A stretch of 64,000 nucleotides of DNA from Minisyncoccota bacterium. Its GTDB lineage: Bacteria; Patescibacteriota; Minisyncoccia; Phycocordibacterales; GWA1-40-21. Positions 1-9,895 of this stretch are shown here, piece by piece. The translations under genes and the position numbers were made by a program. The stretch spans positions 19,775-83,774 of the forward strand of contig JBAYKL010000004.1 in the NCBI GenBank assembly GCA_041664585.1, written 5' to 3'. Every line of letters begins with the position of its first letter. Positions within the stretch are counted from its first letter, which is position 1. The notes under the pieces were generated by a model. It made no database searches. It was not told the origin of the DNA and saw only the letters and a program-made list of their open reading frames with translations.

Positions 1-12
1 TTTAAATAAAAA

Positions 13-43
13 AGAGGGCCTGTGATGCAGGCTCTCTTTTTTA
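13..43. terminator. Bidirectional rho-independent terminator. 10-bp stem (agagggcctg / caggctctct) flanked by A and T runs, immediately 3' of jag.
   Basis: Hairpin and T-run read directly from sequence. Confidence 0.6.
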
Positions 44-44
44 T

Positions 45-542
45 TTAACCTACGTATTTTATAACAACCCTTCTCTCCCTTCCTTCTCCAATAGACTCTG
101 TTTTAATGCCCTGTTGATCTGTAAGAGCCCCATGGACCACTAAACGCTCATAAGACGACATTGGTTCCATCTCCACATCACTCTTGAGATCACGCACCCT
201 ATTCGCAAGCATGGTAGCTTTTGTCTTAATCTTTTCAACCATACTACTTTGATAGTCATTTACATCTATTGCAAACTGAGATGATACGCCTTCATCACCT
301 TTGCAAACCATTCTTTTAATAAGATGAGTTAGTGCTTGAAAATTGTCTCCTCTGTCTCCGATAAGCAATCCTGACTCCGTGCTTTTTATTACAAAAACAG
401 TTCTGTTTGTTAAACCATCTTCAGTGATTTCAACAGAATCAAGTTTAACACCCATAAGCTTTACTAGAGATTCTATCATCTCTTTGGTCTTTGATTTATC
501 TATTGGCTTTGAAACTGTGTTGTTATTTATATTTGGTTCCAT
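45..542 (-). CDS. jag: Jag/KhpB-type RNA-binding protein (KH + R3H domains), the usual partner of YidC.
   Basis: 165 aa; conserved position downstream of yidC; G-rich R3H-like C-terminal region. Confidence 0.75.
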   Translation of the reverse strand: MEPNINNNTVSKPIDKSKTKEMIESLVKLMGVKLDSVEITEDGLTNRTVFVIKSTESGLLIGDRGDNFQALTHLIKRMVCKGDEGVSSQFAIDVNDYQSSMVEKIKTKATMLANRVRDLKSDVEMEPMSSYERLVVHGALTDQQGIKTESIGEGRERRVVIKYVG

Positions 543-601
543 TTTTTTATCTCCACTTTTATTTCTGATTACTCAGGTTTTTGTGAAAACTGGTTACATG
601 G

Positions 602-1351
602 TTAAATTACTGTTACTCCCGATTTTGCCTCTTTTCCTCTTCTCATATAAAACTCTTGACCGATAGCAAACACACTACCTGTTATTAAATATAAAGATAC
701 TACAACAGGGAAGCTTCTTGCAACTAGAAAAATGATTACAGGCATTACATACTTCATTTGCATGTTCATACTCTTAGCAAGTTCATCCTTAAAATCATCC
801 TTTTGCCCCTTAATCTTAGCCTTTTTAGGTGTCTTTGGTATCGTAAGCTGCATCTGGAAGAATTGTGCTAAAGCAGCAAAAACAGCAAATATTGTACTTG
901 TTTTTGTAATGTCTATACCAAAGAACATCATATTTACCATATCTGGTGCCTTAACAAAAGAATATAAAACATTATGATCGATGTTTGGTAAACCTCCTCT
1001 TAGAAATACGTAGTAAAGAGCTATAAGAACGGGGAGCTGAATGAACATAAGAGCGATACCAGAAAAAGGGTTTAGATTCTTTTCTTTATATAGTGCCATT
1101 ATCTTTTCTGCTTGTGCTTGTTTATTGTCCTTATACTTAGCCTTAATTTCATTCATTTCTGGCTCCATCTTCTTCATCTCAAGTTGAGTACGAATAGATT
1201 TTTTGGAAAGGGGGAATAGAGCCACTTTTACAATACAAGTGAATAGAATTACGGCTACGCCGACATTAATAAAAGGAATATAGGCTAATAAAAGGATTAG
1301 GCCGTTATAAAGCGGAGCATAGAAAAAGTTTTGAAATATATAATGGAACAT
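602..1351 (-). CDS. yidC: Membrane protein insertase YidC (short Gram-positive-like form).
   Basis: 249 aa multi-pass membrane protein in rnpA-yidC-jag synteny; YidC-like TM pattern. Confidence 0.85.
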   Translation of the reverse strand: MFHYIFQNFFYAPLYNGLILLLAYIPFINVGVAVILFTCIVKVALFPLSKKSIRTQLEMKKMEPEMNEIKAKYKDNKQAQAEKIMALYKEKNLNPFSGIALMFIQLPVLIALYYVFLRGGLPNIDHNVLYSFVKAPDMVNMMFFGIDITKTSTIFAVFAALAQFFQMQLTIPKTPKKAKIKGQKDDFKDELAKSMNMQMKYVMPVIIFLVARSFPVVVSLYLITGSVFAIGQEFYMRRGKEAKSGVTVI

Positions 1352-1395
1352 GTAGAGATTGTAGCAGATTTGGGGGAGTTAAGAAAGGACCGAAT

Positions 1396-1788
1396 TTAGT
1401 TGTTTTTAAAACTTTCTATCTGGAAAATACCCGTTACCTTTAGATTGAGTTCTTGGAAGTTTGTCCTATTTTTAACCAAGGTATTGCTATAAAAGGGTTC
1501 GGCGTCTTCTCTACATGATAATGTTATATGAGGAGCTTCATTTTCTGATAGGTTTGTCTTAACAACTGCCGCCTGACCCTTTTCATCAAAGCAAAAACCA
1601 ATAATTTCAAGCTCGATTCGTTTGCCTATATAACCTTCATATTTTTTATACACAACATCGTCAGGTTTATAAGCCACCGTCATATGGTGGTAATATATTT
1701 TATTATGTACTGATTTAATATTTTCCTTCAAAAAATCTATCGACTCATTATCCAAAGTAACTAACATGTAGCCGTTAAATTCATTCAT
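1396..1788 (-). CDS. Small 2H-phosphoesterase-like protein (LigT / 2',3'-cyclic phosphodiesterase-like).
   Basis: Two H-x-T-x motifs (HMTV and HITL) about 60 aa apart, the 2H superfamily signature; 130 aa. Confidence 0.4.
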   Translation of the reverse strand: MNEFNGYMLVTLDNESIDFLKENIKSVHNKIYYHHMTVAYKPDDVVYKKYEGYIGKRIELEIIGFCFDEKGQAAVVKTNLSENEAPHITLSCREDAEPFYSNTLVKNRTNFQELNLKVTGIFQIESFKNN

Positions 1789-1790
1789 AT

Positions 1791-2147
1791 TTATATAATT
1801 TTAGTGAGAATACTCTCTAAAACTTTTTTAATATCTGAGTAACTAGGTACTTTTTCTGATTTCTTAGCAAAAATAACAACCGTCTTTTTAAGATCTGGTT
1901 TTATTTTATCCAAATTTTTTTCAATTACATCACTCATCCTTCTTTTTATAAGATGTCTACCTGCTGAAGTTTTTTCAACTTTTTTTGATATAACTATAGC
2001 AAAGCCAGTCTTTTCTGGGGTCTTTCTAGAGACCTTCGCATATACAGTAGGGGAATCAAGGGTTATTCCTGTTCTAATAGTGTTCTCTATATCAACCCTC
2101 GTAGCTCTATATTTCCTTGGAATCATAATTAGTCTATATAATATCAC
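1791..2147 (-). CDS. rnpA: Ribonuclease P protein component.
   Basis: 118 aa basic protein; RHLIKRR motif; rpmH-rnpA-yidC synteny. Confidence 0.85.
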   Translation of the reverse strand: MILYRLIMIPRKYRATRVDIENTIRTGITLDSPTVYAKVSRKTPEKTGFAIVISKKVEKTSAGRHLIKRRMSDVIEKNLDKIKPDLKKTVVIFAKKSEKVPSYSDIKKVLESILTKII

Positions 2148-2183
2148 TATATATCAAAAAAGGGCACCAAGGCCCTTTTTTAT

Positions 2184-2321
2184 TTATACTGTTGTTAATC
2201 TCTTTCTGCCCTTTACTCTCCTTTTGCTCAAAACCCTCTTTCCATATGCTGTTTTGCTTCTTACCAAAAAACCATGGGTTTTTGCTCTCTTTCTTTTTTT
2301 AGGTTGATATGTTTCTGACAT
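2184..2321 (-). CDS. rpmH: 50S ribosomal protein L34. The start was trimmed to the internal Met ([12 protein letters not shown]...).
   Basis: 45-aa highly basic product matching the L34 consensus; the ATG complement is at 2319-2321. Confidence 0.85.
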   Translation of the reverse strand: MSETYQPKKRKRAKTHGFLVRSKTAYGKRVLSKRRVKGRKRLTTV

Positions 2322-2389
2322 AATGTAGGAGTATAAACCAAAAAAAACTTTTTGTAAAGTATTTTTAATATCAAAATATATTATTATTA

Positions 2390-2449
2390 GTATCCACGAG
2401 ATATACACAGCTTATGCACAAAAGTAAATTTTAATAAAAACTATCCACA
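2390..2449. promoter_or_regulatory. DnaA-box cluster upstream of dnaA: gTATCCACg at 2390-2398 and cTATCCACA at 2441-2449.
   Basis: 8/9 and 7/9 matches to TTATCCACA in the rpmH-dnaA intergenic region. Confidence 0.5.
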
Positions 2450-2473
2450 ATTTATAATAAGGTAAACAAAAAC

Positions 2474-3805
2474 ATGGTTGAAAATAAAACTCTTTGGACG
2501 AATGTGTTGGCTGAAATAGAACTTAGTTTATCTAAAGCTAATTTTAGTATGTGGTTTAAGGATACCTTTATTCTTAAACAAGATGATGGGGTAGTATATC
2601 TTGGTGTACCAAATGTCTTTGTAAAAGATTGGTTATTAAATAAATATCATAAAGATATATTGAAGAACCTCAGGACCTTTGGGGAAAACATTAGAAATGT
2701 TGAATATGTTGTTTCTAAAGAAGAACAAAAAAACATCCTTAAAACACCAACCTTCCATAATCAGCTGCCTCTGAACGATTTTTATATAAACAAGGAAGAC
2801 AATCTTAATCCAAAATATACTTTTGAAACCTTTGTCGTCGGTCCATTCAATGAATTAGCTCACGCAGCTTCTCAAGCGATTCTCAAAAAACAAGCTGCGT
2901 ACAATCCACTCTTTATTTTCGGTAGCACAGGTCACGGAAAGACCCATCTTATACAAGCACTAGGGAACCACTACAAATCGGCAGATCAAAATAAAAAGGT
3001 TTACTACATTACCTCAGAAAAATTTGTTAACGATTACTTAAATTCTCTTAACAATGGAACGGCGAATAATTTTAAAGAGAAATATAGAAAGTATGACATC
3101 CTTATAATAGACGACATACAATTTCTTTCTAAAAAGGATAAGTCTCAGGAGGAGTTTTTCCATTTGTTTAATACACTACACGAAAATAATAAACAACTTA
3201 TACTTTCTTCGGATAAACACCCAAACTTCATCCCTGATATCGAGGAAAGAATAAAATCTAGATTCAATGCCGGTATGATAGTAGAGATACAAAAGCCTGA
3301 TTTTGAGTCTAGAATTCAGATATTTAGTAAGAAATCTTCACTTATAGGACTTTCACTCTCAAACGATATAATAGAGTACCTGGCGGCTTCTGTAGACGGT
3401 AATATAAGGGAATTAGAGGGCATTCTAAACCTCATCCTTTGCCAATCTCAATTAAAAAATAAGGAGATGACACTTAACGAAATAAAAGATTTGGTTAAAA
3501 ATACAACCAAACTAAAGAAAAGTGTTTCTATTAAAGATGTTATTAAAATAATAGCAGAATACTACGGTATAGAAGAGGCTAATATCTATAAGAAAGGGAG
3601 AAAAAAAGAAGTAATTAAACCAAGACAGGTTATAATGTATATATTAAGAGACGATTTTGATATCTCATTCCCTTCAATAGGAGAAAAAGTAGGGAATAGA
3701 GATCACTCAACTGTAATACACTCATACGAAAAGATTAAAAGTGATTTAAAAACCGATCCCGATTTAGCACAAGAGATAAGTCAGATACGTTCGATGTTGA
3801 AATAG
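2474..3805 (+). CDS. dnaA: Chromosomal replication initiator DnaA.
   Basis: 443 aa; Walker A GSTGHGKTHL; AAA+ and C-terminal DNA-binding domain motifs. Confidence 0.95.
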   Translation: MVENKTLWTNVLAEIELSLSKANFSMWFKDTFILKQDDGVVYLGVPNVFVKDWLLNKYHKDILKNLRTFGENIRNVEYVVSKEEQKNILKTPTFHNQLPLNDFYINKEDNLNPKYTFETFVVGPFNELAHAASQAILKKQAAYNPLFIFGSTGHGKTHLIQALGNHYKSADQNKKVYYITSEKFVNDYLNSLNNGTANNFKEKYRKYDILIIDDIQFLSKKDKSQEEFFHLFNTLHENNKQLILSSDKHPNFIPDIEERIKSRFNAGMIVEIQKPDFESRIQIFSKKSSLIGLSLSNDIIEYLAASVDGNIRELEGILNLILCQSQLKNKEMTLNEIKDLVKNTTKLKKSVSIKDVIKIIAEYYGIEEANIYKKGRKKEVIKPRQVIMYILRDDFDISFPSIGEKVGNRDHSTVIHSYEKIKSDLKTDPDLAQEISQIRSMLK

Positions 3806-4023
3806 TTGTTTATAAGTTATTGATAACAAGTATGTAAGGTTGTTTATAAGAAATTGATAACTTTTAAGTAAAAATTATACACTTTGATACAACCAGCTAA
3901 TAAACAAAATAGGAAAGAAAATATTATAAAAATATGTTCATAAATAAAGACGAAAAAAGTTTTAAACAAGTAAACAGATATAATAATAAGTAAGGTATTT
4001 TATTAATTAAAAGAAACAAGAAT
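3806..4023. promoter_or_regulatory. AT-rich dnaA-dnaN intergenic region, a putative oriC/DUE. It carries two direct repeats, TTGTTTATAAG(TT/AA)ATTGATAAC, at 3806-3827 and 3840-3861.
   Basis: 218-bp, >80% AT spacer with a 22-bp direct repeat containing TTATCAAT-like degenerate DnaA boxes on the complementary strand. Confidence 0.45.
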
Positions 4024-5124
4024 ATGAAAATAGAATGTGTTAAAGATAAATTACATATAGCGGTGTCTAAAGCAGAGAAGATTGCTAGTAAAAATATTTC
4101 TCTACCAGTTCTTTCATGTTTATTGTTTGAAACAAGAAAAAATATTTTAGTTATCAGATCTACTAATCTTGATTTGGGTTTAGAAATATCTATTCCGGTA
4201 AAAGTTGAGGAAGAGGGAAGGGTTGCTGTTCCGGCTCAAGTTATAAGCAGTTTTTTGAACAATCTATCGGATGATAAAAATATTAAGCTAGAAACCATCG
4301 ATAATATCCTTAAGGTGTATTCTTCAAATAGCGAAGCTAATATTAAAACTCTCCCCGTAGATGATTTTCCTACAGTACCTATGATAGATGAAGGTAAGGT
4401 TTGCAAGATAAATATAAAAGATTTAGTTGGTGGTATAAAGTCTGTCATCTATAGTGCTTCAACTTCTTCTGTAAAACCAGAGCTTGCTAGCGTATATATG
4501 TATTCAGAGGATGATAATTTTGTTTTTGTTGCTACAGATTCGTTTAGACTCGCAGAAAAGAAAATTAAAAACAGAAAGCCTATAGATATAAATGGTATTC
4601 TCATCCCTTTCAAAAATGCAGCCGATATCTTAAAGATCGTCGATGGTAATGATGGAGAAATAGAAATAAATTGTACAAAAAATCAGATATCTTTTAGTTT
4701 TGATGGTATATATCTTGTTTCTAGAGTTATTGACGGAGTATTTCCTGATTACAAACAGATTTTACCAAAAGAAACAAAAACTAGTATTGTTGTTTTGAAA
4801 CAAGATTTAGTGAACGCACTAAAGCTATCAAATATCTTTTCTGACACGTTTAATCAAATGAATATTTTAGTTTCAGTAGAGAATAAAACTCTTACCGTAA
4901 AAACAAAGAATTCAAATATTGGTGAAAATGTAAATAAAATAGATTCAACTATAGAAGGGGAGAGTATAGACGTTAATTTTAATTATAAGTACATAGTTGA
5001 TTGTTTGCCATTAATTTCATCAGATAGTATTTCTCTTTCTTTTGCTGGTTTGAATAAGCCTATGGTTATAAAAGGAGTATCTGATAAGAGCTTCACATAT
5101 CTTGTGATGCCTATGAATAGGTAA
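4024..5124 (+). CDS. dnaN: DNA polymerase III beta sliding clamp.
   Basis: 366 aa, three-domain clamp architecture, immediately downstream of dnaA. Confidence 0.9.
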   Translation: MKIECVKDKLHIAVSKAEKIASKNISLPVLSCLLFETRKNILVIRSTNLDLGLEISIPVKVEEEGRVAVPAQVISSFLNNLSDDKNIKLETIDNILKVYSSNSEANIKTLPVDDFPTVPMIDEGKVCKINIKDLVGGIKSVIYSASTSSVKPELASVYMYSEDDNFVFVATDSFRLAEKKIKNRKPIDINGILIPFKNAADILKIVDGNDGEIEINCTKNQISFSFDGIYLVSRVIDGVFPDYKQILPKETKTSIVVLKQDLVNALKLSNIFSDTFNQMNILVSVENKTLTVKTKNSNIGENVNKIDSTIEGESIDVNFNYKYIVDCLPLISSDSISLSFAGLNKPMVIKGVSDKSFTYLVMPMNR

Positions 5125-5132
5125 AAATAATT

Positions 5133-5759
5133 ATGAATAAAAAAGAAATTTGGGATAACATTTCTAAACAGGTTGATAATCTAACTGATGCTTTGGGTAT
5201 GTCAGTTGATGAAAAAATTAAACCAGTTGTTATCTCCCTTAATGCTTTAGGTATATGTACGTCATCTTCTTGCGGAGGACATTTTGATGATGGGCGCTTT
5301 CTTTTTCCTGGTATCATTTGCGAAGCGTTTAATAAGCCAGAATACCGATGGACAGGGGAAGGGGAGATTATAGAATCAATTTTCGATAAATATAAAATTG
5401 AGCCGAGACAGAAAAACATGATTTTTTGGCCAGGGAATGAGGCTGCAGAAAATGAATATTATGAAAGGACGAGAAACGTTTTGGAAACATTAGAGTATTT
5501 TGAATGGGATAGGGGAAACTATTTTATTGCGAAAAAAGCATTCGAAATTATTAAAGCTTTTAACGAACAAGGTACACATCCTGAAGATATCAAGATCTCA
5601 TATGGAGGTATGTATCCAGGATGCTCGATAGACATAGCCGGAGATGATCTAATGTTGAAAACCCTGACCGAAGATATTCTAAAAGGAAAAATTATAAAAG
5701 CTCAAAAGGAGATGGATGCTTTTGGTGCTTTTCTGAAAGACACATTTTTTAATAACTAA
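5133..5759 (+). CDS. Hypothetical protein (208 aa) with a CTSSSCGGH cysteine pair. It occupies the slot where recF is normally found.
   Basis: Intact ORF, no Walker motif, no recognisable family. Confidence 0.4.
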   Translation: MNKKEIWDNISKQVDNLTDALGMSVDEKIKPVVISLNALGICTSSSCGGHFDDGRFLFPGIICEAFNKPEYRWTGEGEIIESIFDKYKIEPRQKNMIFWPGNEAAENEYYERTRNVLETLEYFEWDRGNYFIAKKAFEIIKAFNEQGTHPEDIKISYGGMYPGCSIDIAGDDLMLKTLTEDILKGKIIKAQKEMDAFGAFLKDTFFNN

Positions 5760-5763
5760 AGTC

Positions 5764-6018
5764 ATGTTCGATATAGCAAAATATCTAGAAAAGTTTACTG
5801 TACTGGCGAATTCTCGTCATTTTTTACGTGATTCTGTACAGGGAGCAATAAAAGAAATTTGTGGTATAGAAATAGATCCTAAAAAAATAGAAGTAAAAGA
5901 TTTTGTGGCAAGAATAAATGAAAGGCCAATTATAAAGAGTGAAATCTTTTTGAAAAAAAATAGAATTCTTTCATCTCTCAAAGACAAAACAGGGGGGAAG
6001 GTGATAGATATAATATAA
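5764..6018 (+). CDS. Small hypothetical protein (84 aa). The C-terminus weakly resembles DUF721/DciA-like proteins found after dnaN/recF in other bacteria.
   Basis: KSEIFLKKNRILSSL-type C-terminal motif and origin-proximal position; weak. Confidence 0.3.
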   Translation: MFDIAKYLEKFTVLANSRHFLRDSVQGAIKEICGIEIDPKKIEVKDFVARINERPIIKSEIFLKKNRILSSLKDKTGGKVIDII

Positions 6019-6040
6019 AAACCGCCTTTAGGCGGTTTTT
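6017..6040. terminator. Bidirectional terminator aaaaccgcctttaggcggttttt between the 84-aa gene (+) and the PBP gene (-).
   Basis: Perfect 6-bp GC stem flanked by A and T runs. Confidence 0.7.
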
Positions 6041-6043
6041 ATA

Positions 6044-8596
6044 TTATTTGATTTTCAAGTTTATCGTTTTTTCTGATTTATTATAAACCTTGTCTGTAAC
6101 GATTACCTTTAGCTGATTGTCTGTTCCTACAAAATCCTCTGATGACGGTATAAAATTTATTAAGTAAGGTTTATCAGAAGATGATCCTATAAATTGATTA
6201 TTCAGATAGTAGTCTACTTTTGAGATTTGATATGTAGATTGAATTACCGGGATAATATTTATCGTTTGGTCTTTGTTATATTCAGTATTTGTACTCGGTG
6301 ATATTATTTGTACTTTTGGTAAGGTATTCTCTGTGTGCACGTCGTCATAATTTGTTGGTTTTGTAGGAAATGCCATTGGGTTTTTTTCTAACCATTTTTG
6401 CAAACCATACTCCCAGTTTTCAAATTGGTAATCATTGTTTGGGTTTTCTGGAATCGGGCCTAATGGATCTTTTTTATCTACCCAATATAGTATTGAGTGT
6501 ATATTTGGTATTGCTCTTTCTTCTTGTGTTTCTGTTGGTGTCAATTCTGTTGCAAGTTTGCCAGATATTTTATCAATTAGATAGGTATCGTTACCCTGCC
6601 ATATGCCCCCGATTATCGGTTTAAGATCTATAACTGTCTGTTCCTGCGGTTGCTTAAATGATTCTTCGGGTACTGTCTTTAATACCTCGTTCATTACCTC
6701 ATGCCACATTGGCGCGACTATAAGTCCGGCGACTTTCTTCTCCATTGGTGTATTGTCATTATTTCCAGCCCACATGCCGTAAACAATACTTGGAGTATAA
6801 CCAATAATCCAAGCATCTTTGTAGTCGTTCGTTGTACCAGTTTTTGATGCAACAGTTCTGCCAGGGTAGTACATTACTGAGTGATATCCATATGCTGGTA
6901 CCTTAGCTTCGTCATCAGAAAGTATGCTGTTTATTTTTAGTGCACTATCCTCACTTAGTCCGAATCTTGGTTTGGACTCATATTTTTCCAAGACATTTCC
7001 TTTCTGATCTTCAATTGAAATTATTCCAGTATAGGGAAGTCTTGTACCGTTGTTTGCGAATACCCCGTACGCACTTACTTCTTCTAGAAGAGAAACCTCT
7101 CCGCCTCCGAGAACCAGCGTAAGCCCATATCTGTCTGGCTCGGCTAAACTTGTGATACCCATAGACTTTGCTGTTTCTATTGAGTCTTTTATTCCTGCCA
7201 AGTATAGCGTTTTTATTGCGATAATGTTTCTTGATTCAGCAAGGGCGGATCTCAATGTCATTGGACCCTTAAATATATTGTCATAATTGTCTGGCATATA
7301 ACAAGAATTTTCCGGAGTGATTTCTGCCGAAGGGTTTCTTGGTTTACCATCTGGTGTACAAGAGCTTTGAAATTCTGTTTGGGCATCAAACAGAACGGTT
7401 TCTGGTGTATACCCTTTATTGAAAGCTGTGGCGTATACGAATGGTTTAAAGGTTGAACCAGGTTGTCTCAGGGCCAAGGCGATATTATAATTTCCATCTA
7501 TTTCTTTATCAAAATAATCTCTAGAACCAACCATTACTAGTATTTGTCCTGTTTTTGGATCTATGGCTACACCGGCCGCGTTTTCGGCATTAAACTTTTC
7601 CTTGTTTTCTAATGCTCTTTTCTTAATTATCTCCTCCGCTTTTGATTGCAGATCATAATCAAGAGTGGTAATTACTTTATAGCCATTTTCCTGCATTGCA
7701 TTCTCTCCGTATTTTTGTACAAGATATTGTTTTATGAATTCGACAAAGTGCGGAGCTTTAATACCATATTGTTCTCTGGGTATAAAAGTTACATCCTCTT
7801 TTGTTGCAGAATCATACTCATCCTTTGTAATGAAATTATTTTCGAGCATTTTACTTAGAACAAGCTTTTGTCTAATTTTTAACTTTTCTAAGTTTTGCCC
7901 ATATGGAGAATAGAAGGTGGGAGCTTGGGGGATGGCGGCAAGGTATGCTGATTCTGCAAGGGTTACATCTGCAGCACTTTTATTAAAAAATCTTTGCGCT
8001 GCTTCTTCCACGCCATATAGGTTTCCTCCATATGGAGTCTCGTTCAAATAGATAGAGAGGATTTGTTCCTTGCTCATTATTTTTTCTATCTTTAGAGACA
8101 AAACCCACTCTTTGAGCTTTCTAGAAATCTTCTTTTCTGTTGTAAGGAGAGAGTTTTTAATAACCTGTTGGGTAATTGTAGACCCACCTTGTCCATATCC
8201 ACCACTAAGTACATTTGAAAGAACGGCTCTTATAATAGATTTTATTTTTATACCATGATGCTGATAGAATTCGGCGTCTTCTATGGCCACAGTAGCGTTT
8301 TTTACATTTCTGGAAATACTCTCAAAAGAGATTTGGGTTCTCTTCATTTCTTCATGAACATCATATAGAAGTATTTTCCCAGTACGATCGTATATCTTTG
8401 TGGATTGGGCAACTATTCTATTCTCAAAAGAATTTAAATCTGGTATTTGGAAAGTGGATATCCATATAAGTAAGGATCCAGAGACGACAAAAAATAAAGC
8501 GATTAGGAGTAAGAGAACTTTTTTCCAGTGTGTTGTTAAGGTACGAGAGTATTTTTTGGTATGCTTTTTAATATTATGAATGTGTTTTTTGTACAT
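6044..8596 (-). CDS. Class A penicillin-binding protein (bifunctional GT51 transglycosylase / transpeptidase) with a C-terminal extension.
   Basis: 850 aa; N-terminal TM; GT51 motifs (EDAEFYQHHG, GGSTITQQ); SxxK-type transpeptidase region. Confidence 0.85.
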   Translation of the reverse strand: MYKKHIHNIKKHTKKYSRTLTTHWKKVLLLLIALFFVVSGSLLIWISTFQIPDLNSFENRIVAQSTKIYDRTGKILLYDVHEEMKRTQISFESISRNVKNATVAIEDAEFYQHHGIKIKSIIRAVLSNVLSGGYGQGGSTITQQVIKNSLLTTEKKISRKLKEWVLSLKIEKIMSKEQILSIYLNETPYGGNLYGVEEAAQRFFNKSAADVTLAESAYLAAIPQAPTFYSPYGQNLEKLKIRQKLVLSKMLENNFITKDEYDSATKEDVTFIPREQYGIKAPHFVEFIKQYLVQKYGENAMQENGYKVITTLDYDLQSKAEEIIKKRALENKEKFNAENAAGVAIDPKTGQILVMVGSRDYFDKEIDGNYNIALALRQPGSTFKPFVYATAFNKGYTPETVLFDAQTEFQSSCTPDGKPRNPSAEITPENSCYMPDNYDNIFKGPMTLRSALAESRNIIAIKTLYLAGIKDSIETAKSMGITSLAEPDRYGLTLVLGGGEVSLLEEVSAYGVFANNGTRLPYTGIISIEDQKGNVLEKYESKPRFGLSEDSALKINSILSDDEAKVPAYGYHSVMYYPGRTVASKTGTTNDYKDAWIIGYTPSIVYGMWAGNNDNTPMEKKVAGLIVAPMWHEVMNEVLKTVPEESFKQPQEQTVIDLKPIIGGIWQGNDTYLIDKISGKLATELTPTETQEERAIPNIHSILYWVDKKDPLGPIPENPNNDYQFENWEYGLQKWLEKNPMAFPTKPTNYDDVHTENTLPKVQIISPSTNTEYNKDQTINIIPVIQSTYQISKVDYYLNNQFIGSSSDKPYLINFIPSSEDFVGTDNQLKVIVTDKVYNKSEKTINLKIK

Positions 8597-8692
8597 AGAT
8601 GTATATTATACCATAATATCGTGTTCACTTATTAATACGTCACAACTAAACATATTGGTGCAAAAAAGTCTTATTTATGATAAATTTAGAGG

Positions 8693-9895
8693 ATGAAAAT
8701 AGATACAGATCCTAAGAAAATAGAAGATTTTTTGACACGAGGTGTTGAAAATATTTTCCCTAATAAAGAGTTTGTTAAGAAACAGCTTTTGAGTGGTAAG
8801 AAACTAAAGATGTATCTAGGCATTGATCCTACAGGACCGACTCTTCATTTGGGGCATGCTGTTCCTCTAAAGAAGTTAAAAGAATTTCAAGCTTTAGGAC
8901 ACCAAGTTATTTTACTGATAGGTGATTTTACTGGAATGATTGGAGATCCTTCAGATAAAAATTCAACGAGAAAACAACTAACGAGAAAGGAGGTTTTGAA
9001 CAATTGTAAATTATATAAGAAACAAGCCTCTTTGTTTTTGAAATTTGGTTTTGGTGGTGCTAAGTTAAAATATAATTCAACATGGTTGGGTAAAATGAAA
9101 TTTGGAGACGTACTGTCTCTTGCTTCTAAGATGACAGTGGATCAAATGTTGAAGAGGGATATGTTTCAAAAAAGAATTGAGGCTAATAAACCCATTCATA
9201 TTCACGAGTTTATGTACCCGCTTATGCAAGGTTATGATTCTTTTGTCTTAAACGTTGAGGGTGAAATTGGTGGGAATGATCAAATGTTTAACATGCTCAC
9301 AGGAAGAGATCTGTTAAAAGAAATTTCTGGTAAAGAAAAGTTCGTTATAACAACTAAACTTCTCGAAGATGCAAACGGCAAGAAAATGGGTAAGACTGAT
9401 GGTAACGCTGTTTCTATGCTTGATGATGAATTTGAGATGTATGGAAAAGTAATGAGCTGGACAGATGGCATGATGTTGCCAGCTTTTGAAATCTCTACAG
9501 ATGTTTCAATGGAAAAGATGGCTGAAATAAAAGAACAATTAGAAAAAGGAATAAATCCAAGAGAAATAAAAGGAATTCTCGCTAGAGAAATTGTAAAGGT
9601 GTATTACGGAGAAAAAAGAGCCCAAAAAGCAGAAGAAAACTTTATAGCAACCTTTAAGAAAGGTGGAATTCCAGAAGATATACAAGAAATTAAAATAGAA
9701 AAGGGAAGCGGGCTATGTAATGCTGTTGTTTCAAATAAAATTGTTCCATCGAATACAGAATTCAGGAGATTGATTACTGCGGGGGCAATAAGTGATATGA
9801 AAACTGGAGAGAAAATCACCGATCCAAACTTTAAGATAGAATCTGAAATCGTTTTGAAAATCGGTAAAAAGACTTTTGTAAAAATTCTTGTATGA
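8693..9895 (+). CDS. tyrS: Tyrosyl-tRNA synthetase.
   Basis: HLGH class I motif (PTGPTLHLGHAV), KMGKT (KMSKS-like), C-terminal S4-like domain. Confidence 0.9.
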   Translation: MKIDTDPKKIEDFLTRGVENIFPNKEFVKKQLLSGKKLKMYLGIDPTGPTLHLGHAVPLKKLKEFQALGHQVILLIGDFTGMIGDPSDKNSTRKQLTRKEVLNNCKLYKKQASLFLKFGFGGAKLKYNSTWLGKMKFGDVLSLASKMTVDQMLKRDMFQKRIEANKPIHIHEFMYPLMQGYDSFVLNVEGEIGGNDQMFNMLTGRDLLKEISGKEKFVITTKLLEDANGKKMGKTDGNAVSMLDDEFEMYGKVMSWTDGMMLPAFEISTDVSMEKMAEIKEQLEKGINPREIKGILAREIVKVYYGEKRAQKAEENFIATFKKGGIPEDIQEIKIEKGSGLCNAVVSNKIVPSNTEFRRLITAGAISDMKTGEKITDPNFKIESEIVLKIGKKTFVKILV

